Translations under genes and position numbers: made by a program
Part shown: positions 1 to 12,794 of the stretch, piece after piece
Layout of the letters: each line of letters starts with the position of its first letter
Numbering within the stretch: position 1 is the first letter of the stretch
Source of the DNA: Balanoglossus misakiensis
Taxonomy: Eukaryota > Animalia > Hemichordata
NCBI GenBank assembly: GCA_040954595.2
Contig: CM082596.2
Span: 7,332,468 to 7,396,467, forward strand
DNA length: 64,000 nucleotides
Reading direction: 5' to 3'
The notes under the pieces: generated by a model
What the model saw: only the letters and a program-made list of their open reading frames with translations
Database searches by the model: none
Told to the model about the DNA's origin: nothing

Positions 1-74
1 TCCTGCTGCGTGGTTAAAGGCCGACGATCTTCTCATGCGCATGTGCGTAATTTCGTGTGTACGAACATTACGTC

Positions 75-310
75 CGATCGGAATGTTCTGTAAATGTTGC
101 GTTCGACGCATTAAAATTGTGGACTGCCTTCGCTTCCTTCCCTATTCCATGGGTAGAGTTCAGTTTTGTCCCTTCTTTTCACCCAATTTTGCTGTCTTTT
201 AATTCCCGATCTCCGACACAGACTATGGTCGCCGCCATCTTGTATGTTGTTAGCACAGCACACTATACCTTTGCATTGACTATACAATTTTCAAGACGAT
301 CGTCGCCCTT
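75..310 (+). repeat. Dispersed repeat, second copy at ~38895-39165
   Basis: Shared blocks gactgccttcgcttccttcc, tttgtcccttcttttcacccaattt, gtcgccgccatcttgt and cattgact.tatacaattt in the same order. Confidence 0.75.
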
Positions 311-2072
311 CACCCGTGGAACGTTAACCTCGGTTGCCATGGCAAATGGCCAGTCACGTGTTTTCATTTGGGCGGCAACGCGAAAAAGGCACACCACAGT
401 ATGGTCATTAGAAGACCCAGACACGCCCTTCGGACCATATATGGGTATATGCCAGTTGAGGTGATTACATGAATTTCTCGCATTGTTTCGACACGTAAAG
501 TAGTACAAGTCACACACCACCAAGTTAACGCCCTTTATGTCACGTGACGCGGAAAATTCTGACGGACGGGTACTGATATAACTTATGAGATGTGTGTGTG
601 TGGGGGGGGGGGGATATGTCGAATACCACCTGGCCAGGTGCCTTGTTCAGTTTCAGACTTCGCGCTCAAATGCAAAAATAATTGCTCCTCCAACGAATTA
701 AACGTATTCAAAACACGGCGTGTGGGCGTAATGTGCAAAACAGAACTTTCCACAAAAACTAGCACTTTTAACAACACTTTCAGCTAAAATAGACGCATTT
801 AGGGATAAAGGGCATAGGGTATCACGGGTGTATTTTTTTACCTTTAAAGATCTTCTTCTCTGTTCAGCCGAGTTCCATTTCATCACTCCAGGCTGCCTGA
901 TATATAGTGAGAAACTACTTTCGAGGACGTGTTCCAGAGATCTGGGAGAATGGAAGCGAAAAAGTATACACTATTTGAACCCAAGTGTTTACCGATGATG
1001 AATAAGAATAGACGTGAAAATCTCTCCTCAGAGTTCGCAAAAGTATGGTGACGACTAAGAAAAAAAGTACATTTCTGAAAGTGCATCTACCGAAATGGGT
1101 TTGGCGATCTCATTTAAGCTCCATTAGCTGTAATGTTGCACGTTTATTTTCGACATTTTATTTCTGTGTGTATCAAGTAGTTTCTTGTTCGACCCCCCCC
1201 CCCCCCAAGCAGAGTACAATGTAAAATGCCCGGTGTTTATTTAGCTTACCATGAAAGTTTACTCGTGAACAGTCAGCAAAGTCGTTTTCCAGTTCCACAA
1301 TGCAGTACGCGCTAACTACAGACGACAACCTGAAGACATCATCACATGATTGCACGTTTCAGAACACGACATGGTTTCCTTTCTTCAACGTGCTACTGCA
1401 TGTACATCCGTCGAAGTGTACCCTATAAAAATAATAATAAGTCATATATTAATTGTTGAAAAAAACAGAATTCAAATCATGACGTCAGCAACAGTGGTCA
1501 GTGCACATATGTAACAGTATATCGGTAAAGTTAAAGAACACCTTCGTTTTATGCGTTTATTTACGTGTCCCTACACGCACACAATTTCAGGCAATAGTTG
1601 TTGGAACTGTTGCCTAAAGTCAGGTGACAGTTTCGGGGCGACTGCAGTTGGGTTTGCGCTTGTATGGGAGGACATATTCTCATCAAGGGGGACACCCACG
1701 CGGCGCGACGACCCCTTCCCTTTAAAAGGGAAACTTTCCAAATAATATACACAGCTTTGCACTGAGCCCAGACAGTAAACATGTTTTGCCTAGCTGTTAC
1801 TATCCCACCCCACGAAGGAAATACACTGGGTTCCTAGCTCTCTGGGGGAAGGCTATTTAGTTTCCATTACTGCTACTTCTACATTGTCACGGCTTTGCTA
1901 AAATAATGCTAATACCACACGATTTGCCCCTGTTCGAGATGCTTCTAGCCTCGAGCGCCGTGCAGAACGATTTTGTCCCGTAATGTCCTCTCGAGTAAGC
2001 AACATAACTGTATGTGGTCTGCTGATACGTTAAGCATTGCCAGATATAGGGATGTTTAGTAACCTTGCAGGA

Positions 2073-2154
2073 GAATGAATGAATGAATGAATGAATGAAT
2101 GAATGAATGAATGAATGAATGAATGAATGAATGAATGAATGAATGAATGAATGA
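2073..2154 (+). repeat. (GAAT)n microsatellite
   Basis: About 20 perfect units. Confidence 0.97.
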
Positions 2155-3196
2155 AAAAAAACGAGTATGGAACAGATAATATTTCGCGGAAGTTTGAATT
2201 ACAAATTAGTGACCCAGCTAATTCGTTTACTGACGAATGTCTCGCACTGACGTTGTTCTAGCGGACGTGGTGGCACGCTTTTTTTACGCGTCGCCATATT
2301 ATCTGAAAGACGCGTCAGGCCGAGTCAGAGAATGTATGCGTACTGCTGTGAGCTCTACCTTTGGAAGTTTATACGTTTATTCTGCCTTGCTTGATTAATC
2401 ATTTGTAGGCTCGTAGTTCATAGGGGAAAATCAAATCATCGATAATTATGCATTCATGGAAATAGCCAATGTCAACACCCGTGGCGCTTCTTAGTGGAAG
2501 TGGTGCAGAGTTCCGGACAAACAGAAAATATGTTATATTAGATATTGCACAAACGGGTAGTATTGAGCAGATATGTTGACAAGGACATGGTATAGCCTTT
2601 ACATAGGACAGTATACTCTCAGTGTTAAAGGATAATCATCATGTATTTTTCATGAAGCTAATAAAATCCATTCTCCATTCTCCTGTATAAGCGGCAAGCG
2701 GTCCGACACAAATAGGCCTAATGCTGACTCGAGGATTCATTGGTGTTTCTTAATAAAGGAATGTGTCGCATTATTCACACGGCTTGAGTTCGATAAATGG
2801 AGTTAATATCTCTCCCAACAGCCGATGACTGAAGTCGCGACGCGTGTTGCTTTTTCAGACACGGTTTCGTTTCCGTGTGATTGCAAGGTTAATTCCCGTA
2901 CACCGCGTTTGATTTTTGCCATATATGCGTCCACGTAGAAAACCTATGGATCGAAAGCAATGTCAATACAATGCAATCGTTCTGAGACCGCGGTAGCTTT
3001 TGAACTACGAGTAATTATACATATTGTCAAGATATTCAACCTTATGTACTTTCAATGTCGGAAGGCCATGCAACGTAATATAGGAGATATGGTTGTTGTT
3101 TTTTTAACCAGGCGATGACAGTCGTGTTGGTGTTCAGTTGAGACTTTTCTCGTATTTCGATTCATTGCGAAGACGGCCATGGAGGTACTGCATTAA

Positions 3197-3551
3197 AGGG
3201 ACAAAGCCTCTCTCTTGTTGCCCCTTTTTCCATGATTATGTTTATGCAAGACACCATTTATGTTATTCTACATGTGGATATATAGTGAATCAACGTTCAA
3301 CCACACACACATTCCATCCTGCTTGTAGACACGAGAGTGAAAAAAACTCGCCAAAATGAATAATCGGTCTCTACCATTTATTCATTCTGGATTCTGGTGA
3401 GATTTTTACTCTCATATCCTACCAACCGGATGGGAGTTGTGTGTGGTCGAACGTTGATTCACTCTATATATCCACATGTAGAATAACAAACAGTGTCTTG
3501 TATCAAACATAATTAATGGAAAAAGGGCAGCAAGAGAGAGACTTTGTCCCT
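3197..3551. mobile_element. Foldback MITE with TTAA target site and AGGGACAAAG...CTTTGTCCCT termini (Kolobok-like, non-autonomous)
   Basis: TTAA on both sides (3193-3196, 3552-3555); nearly the whole element is an imperfect palindrome; related copies at 12387, 13701, 17435 and 17966. Confidence 0.85.
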
Positions 3552-3604
3552 TTAATATATTTGATAATTTACGCCAATTTTTTCTTTGTATTTTTTCTCC
3601 ACAG

Positions 3605-3862
3605 ATCAGGAGGATATGCAATCAATTCCACGTTTGGCCGAGTCCGCTGGCGGACTACATCGCCCACAAACTGTCGCTAAGCAACTCCATGATCAACCCC
3701 TTCATATACGGTCTGACCAGACGTCACTTCCGCAAGCAGGCCGGCAGGTGTTTGCTCAAGACCGTCACCTGTTGTCGGTCGAACCGCGTCCAACACATCG
3801 CTAACCTGTCCGAGACGAAAGACCGCGAGATGCAGACGTACAACAACACTGACTGTCGGTGA
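3605..3862 (+). CDS. Terminal coding exon of a class A (rhodopsin-like) GPCR: ECL3, TM7, helix 8, C-tail; upstream exons not found in window
   Basis: Acceptor ttttttctccacAG ending 3604. Phase-0 translation IRRICNQFHVWPSPLADYIAHKLSLSNSMINPFIYGLTRRHFRKQAGRCLLKTVTCCRSNRVQ...TDCR* contains NSxxNPxxY, helix-8 FR and a CC (possible palmitoylation) motif. TGA at 3860-3862; AATAAA at 4050-4055. Confidence 0.85.
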   Translation: MRRICNQFHVWPSPLADYIAHKLSLSNSMINPFIYGLTRRHFRKQAGRCLLKTVTCCRSNRVQHIANLSETKDREMQTYNNTDCR

Positions 3863-6800
3863 TGATGCCATGGACGCGTGTGTTGCAACCAGAGCGGCGT
3901 GTTGTGCGGAAAACATACAAGATTTGGTTTAATTCTATGGCTTACGTCGACGAATGTGATATCGAAGACTGGTTATGCATTACAACCCTTGTGAGAAGAA
4001 TACGTTTGATGGTGAGATACTGCGTTTGTGCATATGATGTCATCAGTGAAATAAACTGCCATACTACATTTTCTAGCTGTTGATAAGAGGCGAGCGCACG
4101 TGTACCATAGAGGTTTCCAGAAATGTTGCTGTTCCAGTTTTATTGAACAGTCTTTAAAAACAATTAACCAATGCACAGACGTACCTCATCGTCGAACTTT
4201 TCTGACAGGAGCATGTAACTTTAAAAGAAGCATAATCTTTATTCGTCTCTGACTATTTTTTCCATTCACACAATATCCCACATTTATCCACACACCTCAG
4301 TTTCCATAATTTCTACTTTGTCCGTTTTATGGACGTACTACAGAAGTTAATGTCTATAATATTAAAATTTTCCTCTGTTATTCAACAAGTTGTTGTCAGT
4401 TGTCTGAACATTACCCCTCCCCCCCCCCCCCAACAACACCATACAAGGTCCTACCCATGGCACTGCGAAAGAAAATGAGGAAAAGAGTATCCCAACAACT
4501 GAGGGCGCTATACACACCGACTAACCATCATCATTTCGGGCTCTCCTATGGAAATGTGTAAATAATAAGTTCTTGGTAATACAATACATGGGCAAAGGTT
4601 GACTGATTTTCTTTTATACGACAGAGGTGTGCACGGATTAGCCAGATCAGTGATTTTATTTTTGCTTTTATCCCCCCCCCCCCCCCCCGAAAAGGCCTTG
4701 CTCATGGGAATCTATATTTATCGTCTGTACTTATTGAATGTAACATGATGGGACACGAATGACAATGTTGCTCACCATCTATGTCTAAACCCTTGAACAT
4801 TTCCACCGCTAACATGTCCATTATAGGCAAAGTCTTTCCAATTAAAATTTCTCATTTAAATTAAACCCTTTCACCTCTATGGTTTGGTCCAAATCCACTG
4901 TTTTCTATGGTAACGTTTAATCTGTACAGAGGAAACCAGGGATGAAAGGGTCATGCTTTCTTCAGCACCTTTTTATCTGCCCTCTCCCCTCCCCCCCCCC
5001 CCCGTGCAATTCTACTTGCAGCCTACAGCTATAATCTGTTGTCGTTTTGCCCTTGAAGAGGCCATTCTCATAAACCAAGGGCATTCTGGGAGTGCTGTTT
5101 CCAAGGAAACCCAGTTTTCTCTTGACCTGCCAGTGACATTGGGCGCACGACTGCATTGGCATTGATTGAGACGCGCACACACACATCAAAACACCTCCTT
5201 GAATTGTGTAGCCTGTAGATTTCACAACAGTTGTCAATGTCACTGACAGTCCACAATGTCACTGACCACCCTTGCAACACCATTGACCCTAAATGCACGT
5301 ATCGTATTCAACCTGGCTTCAGTGTTATTCAACTCGAAACAGGAGATTTAAATTGAATGCGTAGAAGCCAGGGATCTTTCGTAGCTGTACAATGTTATGG
5401 GCAGAAAGTCTGATGGGAAATCAGGGTTGGGTGCGTTGGGGGTTATTATATTTCTCGCAACATTTCGACAATATCTAAAAACTCATAACTTTTTTTTCAA
5501 TTTTCGCTTTAAACTGTTCACATGTAGACAAACGTTTTCGGTTTTGAGGGGCATAGTGAGATACTAACATTACGTGACTGTCAAAAAATTAGTCTTTTTG
5601 TCACGGTCAAAAAACTGCATACCAACCCTTTGCACACAGACCACCTGGTAAATTATGAAGTCATTTGGATGTTTTCTTTCCAAGGTGGGGGTCAACTGGA
5701 TAAATTTGGGTCAATGTGAGTGCCTTGGAAGGTCTATTTTGATAGGCTACAGCAAATCATGCGCCACTGTAAACCAGCCAATCAGAAACAGCGTTATATA
5801 CTCTGCCCAAAATCCAGATCCCGCACTGACAGTGTCAACAGGTGGTTATTGGGGTCTTGGATTATACCATTATCTATTAGGGAGGGTCGAGGGAGTTTGA
5901 GGGAGACTTATCACTTAGTATAAAGCCGTATGACAGATGATGAGATGACCCCCCCCCCCCCCCCCCCCCCGATCAGATACTAGTACCCCAAACTCTGAAA
6001 ATAGGATATGTGTATGTAGTTACTTAGCGAAGTCTACCTATTGGGACAATACATGTAGTCTGCTTGGACAGAAGGCACAAGAGCCAATGCAATAAGCAAT
6101 GCCACAGTACAACACTCGAGTATTAATGATGAAAACAAACAGCTGTTTATTTCTATCATAAACTGGCAACCAACAGTTACCATAACAACAACACACACAT
6201 GCCTGGATGAAGTAACCACAGCAACAAGACATGTCCGGATCTAGTTCTGTATGCTTCTCCATTCCTTCCACAGATTATTACGAGTCCAACATCCGGATAT
6301 CGTCTGCCAGGACTCGTAATGCCACAAATTTGTTGATTAATTGAAGAGATTATTAAAGACTTCTTTTATCGTATAGGGCAGTCTACTGACAATCTCTTTA
6401 TACATTCTTTAAGAAGTGTACAAGTATAGATGCAAAACCTACAATATATATATATTTTTTTCTAAATTTACTGTCACTAAATACCAAAAAAAAAAATCGT
6501 CACTTAAACTAATTTTGACCCCAGATTGACGTTTCTGAGGCCGACATTATAATATGAGAATTTATTAATTTTTGTGCGTTTGTTCCCTGAGACACAACTT
6601 TGTGTGTAAAGTTGAAGCAGACTTACGCCAGAAAATATCTCAAGAGTTTCACCTGATCGATACAGTAGAACAGGTGATATGCATGCAGGTCAAACAGTAA
6701 AAGGTTTACGTCTTCTGCTACAAATTTACCATCTCTATAAAAACACATAAAACCCTTCAACTCTGTTTTCGCGAATAAAACTAGACAATAGCCAAAATGC

Positions 6801-9800
6801 AAAGTCTTTTTTTGAGAGGCAGAAAAATATGCAGTCAACTAGGCGAGATTTTCAATATGAAATTAATTATACAAGCATGTATTGTTTTAAACATCTGCAT
6901 GTTGAGTTTTTTTTCCCGTTAATGACCGTTTATGGACCTGTGTATTTCTGGTAGTCACTTTCATTTGAGATTTACATCTTTTTCCCATGATTCATCTGTG
7001 CAACCATTACAAAGTTAACATCATACATGCAGAGACCTTTCCGACCAATAAGAATGCCTCCCGTTTAGCCAACAGTTACAGCTTTAGTCTCTCTAAATGC
7101 AGCTTCAGTTGAACTGAAACGATTTGTTTTAGGACCCTCTCACCCCCGTTTCCGTGTGTTAAGGTCCAGCATTGCTAATGAAAACAACGGAGTTGGACCC
7201 AACCACGGTGGTGAAAAGGTGGAAAGCCATCTCACACACCAGTTCCAGCATCACAACACTACACGACAAACAAACATTCACACATGTACAACAGTCACGA
7301 ACATACAAGTGTCCTACATAGCTCCTACGATTGAAAATAACTATCTATCCAAAAAAAAGAGAGATTTGAATAAGTCTTTGGAATTGTTAAAGCTCTAAAA
7401 AACTGAACTCGGTCAACTGTGAAAGTGTCTCCTTCAGAGGTAGATTTAAAATCACCCATTTGTTACAATTTGAAACATTTACAGACAAAATACAGGCAAG
7501 ATTTTTGGGGGGTTGTTAAGGACACTTTAACAATTGACCAATCAGGAACTAAGCATTCATATTAGGAATAATAAATGAGGTCAGATAAGGATAACTATTT
7601 TGCCTTTGGGTGCATGCAGCAGCTTATAAATTTTTTTTTTTTAGTTTTTGTTATTATTTTTATTTTATCGTCTCTGATTTTTGTTAAACTATGAAAATAC
7701 TTTTTGAAAAGAGAAATGATTAGCGACGTCTTAAAGCTCAGTCATACCCTACACTAGGTGCGGAATCACCATAAAATTCACTTTTTTTGTTTCAACATTT
7801 AAACGTATAGTGGGCCTCACAGCAAAGAAGCATGACAGACAACAGCAGCTTCGTGACAGCATTATTTTTAGAGGTTCATGTGCTTGAACATTTTTATGTA
7901 ACTTTAGCTGGTTCTCTCTTGCACATAACATGTGAAACTTTACATCGTGTGATTTTTCGATTATTATTTACAAGGAAACGTGACTGATGTGTGTGAGGGA
8001 CTATTCGTCTGATTACGGGCATTGGGCTCAAATTCTCTCTGTGTCCAGTGGCGTTGAAACCGGGAATTCTAACACACCACAGTACAAAAAAAGTGAAAAA
8101 TGGCCACAGAAATACTCATATCCTATGAACACAATCACCAATGATTTTTTTATGGTGTTACCACAGCCTATTTTCCAAAGAACACTGCCATTTTGTTCTG
8201 AAGTAGGCCTAATGCTAGGAAATTTGCAGATTAGTTACCTGTCGAGAATCACGATCAAGACTATCAGATTCAAGAAATGGTATCATATGGTATCTGACAC
8301 GTGTACATGAGAGAATCAACTATGTGAACAGCCAAAACGACACTATGTCCAGACTCTAAAAAAAAAAAGAACAGCAAGTTTGGACTCTGGTGATATCAAA
8401 AAAATACTACTTACAGCTCTTGTTTTTGTTATACAAATAAATCACTACTTTGTAGTATATGCGGCTATCGGTAAATGTCTGTAAAGACAACCTCATCAGC
8501 CGCAAAGAACTTGAAATGTAGCTATGCTACAATGGGCTGGCCATGTACCCCCCTCCCTCCCCCCTTCTCTGATTCCACAAGAACCAGAGGAGCCCTGAAT
8601 TTGTACACACTAAAGCAATGCAGCCATTTCAATGGGAGGTGAAATTTCCAAGTTGTACTACAAGATGCAAACTTCTTTATGTATATCCATTATACCTTCA
8701 GCTGCATAGGGTTCTGAGTTTGTTTTCTTGTTTTTATTTACTGTAGCAATTTCTATAATTCACGTTCGGTGAAAAATTGAAGGTGGGCCGGGGACATGCT
8801 CAAACTTCAAAACACCCACTCGGAATTCGAGAGTTTTGAACACGAGGTGGCAAAAATTTGAACGTCAGTGTAATTTTCCCCCTGATTTTTTTGCAGCCTG
8901 AAGATTAAAAAATCCAGTCTTTGTCACAAAACGAATGAGAAACACTCAAATGCTTCCAGAAATTGAGAGTTAAATTCCGTGTTTTCATTGCAGACTACTC
9001 TAAGAGACAGTTTGGCGTTACATGCTCACTATGCAAACAGTGTGAACGAGAAAAATAAAAGTGACCCCTTGTCAGACGACAGAAGAGTATATTTGCTACC
9101 TATCTGGCAATCTCTACGAGCTCTAATTTTTTTTTAAACTTTGGTAATTTTTTTTTAATTTGCAAGTTTAAATAAAATCTTACAAATGATTGTAAGCTGC
9201 TATTGTGAAAAGAAACCTGATGAATCTATGAATTTGAATTACAGAATTGTCAGGGCCCAGCCTTGCTTAAAAATCTACGCAAGACTGTATCAATATTTCT
9301 AACTTCAATATAATCATTATGCCTAAACCCTTCCACCCCTAAGCTTTGGTCTAGTCCCAGTGTTTGTAACGGGAAGGATGGTCTAATATTACATGAAGAC
9401 GGGGGTGGACAGGTTAACCCTCTTCAAAAGCATCACCACCAAGCTATCATAGTAAAACCCCAAAAGGACTTTGCAACGAGGTGAATGAACTGTTAATGTA
9501 TAATCCATCGTCTAGTATATATATACATTTGTTTTCGTACTATGAAGGCGAAAAGTACAAGTTAAATGTGCAAAATTAATACTTAGAGCAGAAGGGTATA
9601 CGTATAGATACATTAAGTCATTTACACCAGAGCAGGCTTATTCAATCGGATCAATCCAGCTAGCATGTCTAATAACGCTCAAAGATAAAGCTATGATCGC
9701 AATAATCACACATGTACATTATTCTGTAAAATTTACTATACAACCCCTGCCTTCTGAAATGGAACAATCCAGCTGCTGTCGCACAATAGGACCATTCCAC

Positions 9801-10056
9801 GTGTGCACCGGTCGGGGGGTGAAAAAAATAAAACGTAATCCTTGAGATTTGGTTGAACTTGTGCGTCGTTCGAGCCATCCGTGAGAACCGTGTCTGGATA
9901 GCCCTTTGGACTTTTAACAGTTCCACATGTGAGGTAGTCGTGTATAGATCATCAGTATTTGTGTTGTTTTTTGTGTGTGCGTGTCTGTACAGTACACTGA
10001 TGATGTCATCAGTTATTGAGGTAGCCTCTAGTTCATGCAACCATGCGCATATTGTA

Positions 10057-10179
10057 TTAGGCATTATTGCAGTCATCAAACATTTCCATGAAAAGCGGCG
10101 GGATATCTTCTGGACAGTCAAGTTTGATGCACATTATCCTTTCAGCGTGGCGAGCGCTGATAGTTCGCAGATCTGTTAT
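10057..10179 (-). CDS. THR: Thyroid hormone receptor last coding exon: helix 11 and AF-2 helix 12
   Basis: ITDLRTISARHAERIMCIKLDCPEDIPPLFMEMFDDCNNA*, like TR VTDLRMIGACHASRF...PPLFLEVFED; tttcAG acceptor; TAA at 10059-10057. Confidence 0.96.
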   Translation of the reverse strand: MTDLRTISARHAERIMCIKLDCPEDIPPLFMEMFDDCNNA

Positions 10180-10307
10180 CTGAAATACAGAAAAATAACG
10201 GTATTAAAATTACATCAGACAAATCTAGATTTCATTGACAGATTAGATGATAGAGATCAAAGTAATAGTATCTCAGAGATTTCTAAACACACAACTTGGC
10301 CTGTATA

Positions 10308-10514
10308 CTGTAAAACACTTTATTTTGGCGAGCAATAAATTTTCGCGAAATACGCGAGAGCCAAAATAGCGTGAAAATAATAAGTCGCGTAAATATTTTT
10401 TGAAGATAACGATGCAGTGAATGAAATAAGAGAACGCGAAAATTAATACTCACGAAACAGTTTCCTCTCTCGATATCGCGAAAATTTCACCTCGTGAAAA
10501 AAAGTGTTTTACAG
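10308..10514. mobile_element. ~207 bp TA-flanked MITE (CTGTAAAACACTT TIR; Tc1/pogo-like) in the last TR intron
   Basis: TA|CTGTAAAACACTTT...AAAGTGTTTTACAG|TA; highly similar to 25820-26027 and 61791-62013. Confidence 0.88.
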
Positions 10515-10755
10515 TATTTGTTTCATTATCCACACTCTGTATGTGGTATGTGTTATGCTTGTTTTAGCATGTTGTGTTACAGCCTAAAACCCAACAATGA
10601 TATCTCAGGTGAAGCTACGAAAGGACACAAGCAGTTTTGTATGCTTATAAATACATTTTGCCAATGAAAGAAAACTGACACATCACTGTGAAGTCCAGCT
10701 AGAGAGGGAGACCTCTATGTTTGTTTACGTTTCCCACAGTTATTTCAATACTCAC

Positions 10756-10883
10756 TTTCATAAGTATTTTCGCCCAGTGTACAGGAGTTCTTGGCCGGGT
10801 CTCGTTGATGTAATGTTGATACGCATTCAGGATGCTGTCTTGCAGTTGTTCTACGTCTCTGGCGTTTTTCAGACCAGGTCGAT
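10756..10883 (-). CDS. THR: Thyroid hormone receptor exon: LBD helices 9-10
   Basis: DRPGLKNARDVEQLQDSILNAYQHYINETRPRTPVHWAKILMK; cccAG / GTGAGT; 128 bp, phase 1 to 0. Confidence 0.95.
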
Positions 10884-11404
10884 CTGGGTATCGAAATCAT
10901 AGTGAAGAAATAGTGAGTACACCATGCAGCATTGTTTACAATTGAGAGGATGATGGATGTGACATGTGATGGGAATCGTTTATTCATGTAAAATGAAGAA
11001 AGACATTTCAGGTCCACCAAATGAAATTTTACCTTTGCTACATGATTGGTTGAACACACAACCAGAGAGTAATATGAAAAAATATGTTCAAGCGCTATGT
11101 TTGCCAGAACAATGCAACGGGCCTGCTACTGCAAGCATAGACATTAGTAATGCACTTTGTACGCTTATGAAAATCTTTCTTTCTAGACAAACACACCACC
11201 AGATTCTCATTGTATGAATTATTACTGTTATTTATGTGGTTAGCAATTTATGGAATTTTACTCATAGCAGGATTATCTGCAGAAACACACCCAAGTAAGA
11301 TGTACATCGGAACAATACTAAATGACTGCAATCTATTTGAACTTACTACTATGCTACATTTTTATAATTATTTTATTTTAGCAGGACAACTTTCTTTCTC
11401 TCAC

Positions 11405-11663
11405 CTCCTGCCACCAATAACACAGCTGCCAAAAGTGCCATTTCCGTCTCGTTGAGTTGCAATCGTGCCAAGCCGGCGGCGAAGTCGAAAATCGGCTCGA
11501 TAAGTTCCCCGAGCCCGCCGTCATGCAGCTGCTTTTTGTCGACTTTGACGCCGGTGGAGAGGACAAGAGTCTGGCTTTCGGCGTCGTACTTCTGCGCGAC
11601 CCGGAGACACATAATTTCCATGCAGCACGTTTTCAAAAGCAACACTTGGTCATCGTAGTCCAG
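11405..11663 (-). CDS. THR: Thyroid hormone receptor exon: LBD helices 4-8
   Basis: LDYDDQVLLLKTCCMEIMCLRVAQKYDAESQTLVL...GGLGELIEPIFDFAAGLARLQLNETEMALLAAVLLVAG; ctacAG / GTGAGA; 259 bp, phase 0 to 1. Confidence 0.97.
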
Positions 11664-12386
11664 CTGTAGATAAGGACACAGTAAAAACATCAGAGCACTG
11701 TAAGAAAGACTTCTCTTAACAGAGACAGTTTAATACAATCCGTTGATAAATATAACCTGTCTAATCCACAATTCTGCTTTTCAGAGAATGTCATTATCAG
11801 TGTTCTCCCCAAACAATTATAATACTGGGGCATCTGCTCATTAATTCTTACAAAATAATACAACATAATTAACGTATCAATTACGTTTATAACTGTTATG
11901 TAAATTAGGCACTATGCTATCTGAAACACTGGCTATGTGTATTGAAACATTTTGGGTCCCACGACCATTCTTTCACACTGTACAAAGTACACATATTATA
12001 AGCAAGTGTCCATCACTGATTTATAAATGCACAAGTCCTAATGCAACTGCATATCCTTGCAAAGAAATCCTGTTCCTTCTGTCAAATAAAGTCAGAAATC
12101 AAAAGAATCACAGGCACGAAGGTCCCCTTAGAATACAATGTCACTTTCTTGCAAACACAGCTGAGCAATAACAGTCCCGAGTGGCACTGACAACTAACCT
12201 TCCCCTTGACCTACTTAATGCCCTTGGCCCACTTGTTTTCTTTTCGTCACAACATAACCGACATTATGACATTGGACCCCCGACATCCAGCTTGTGATGT
12301 TTGCAATTCACACAAAACGTCTGGGGGTGGTCAGAACATTTCAATACCAAGGACTCTTTACAGTGGGCCTTGAGTCTGACGCTTAA

Positions 12387-12493
12387 AGGGACAGAGTCTC
12401 TCTCCCGCTGCCCTTTTTCCATTAATTGTGTTTGATACAAGACACAGTTTATGATTAATGGAAAAAGGGCAGTGAGAGAGAGACTTTGTTCCT
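12387..12493. mobile_element. Internally deleted copy of the AGGGACA foldback MITE
   Basis: TTAA|AGGGACAGAGTCTCTCTC...GAGAGAGACTTTGTTCCT|TTAA. Confidence 0.8.
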
Positions 12494-12794
12494 TTAATGC
12501 AGCCTAATTATAGCAGCAGGAACTGTTCCAGGAACTGTTCCCTCGCATTACTGCCTTCTCTTGGATGTGGAACCTTGCCCTGCCTGTCATAACAACCAAT
12601 AAAGAACAGCGCCCTCGTACATCCACCAACCCACCACACACAGCGATCCACTCAAATGTCAATGACAAGCGAGGGCGCCCTTGATCTTTTCCTGCACTCG
12701 GCCTTCCTCGGGCCACACACAACAACACGCTCGGAATACAGAGAAAGCTTGTCCTTGACACGTGCGATCAGAGGCTGCTGCAAATTGTACCTAC

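Noticed and set aside
3586-3804. ORF-track 72 aa product
   Set aside because: Wrong frame of the GPCR exon; the NPxxY frame is the meaningful one.
3605-3862. Opsin, because of a Lys in TM7
   Set aside because: Counting back from the NPxxY proline (7.50), the Lys is at 7.40; the retinal-binding position 7.43 is Leu.
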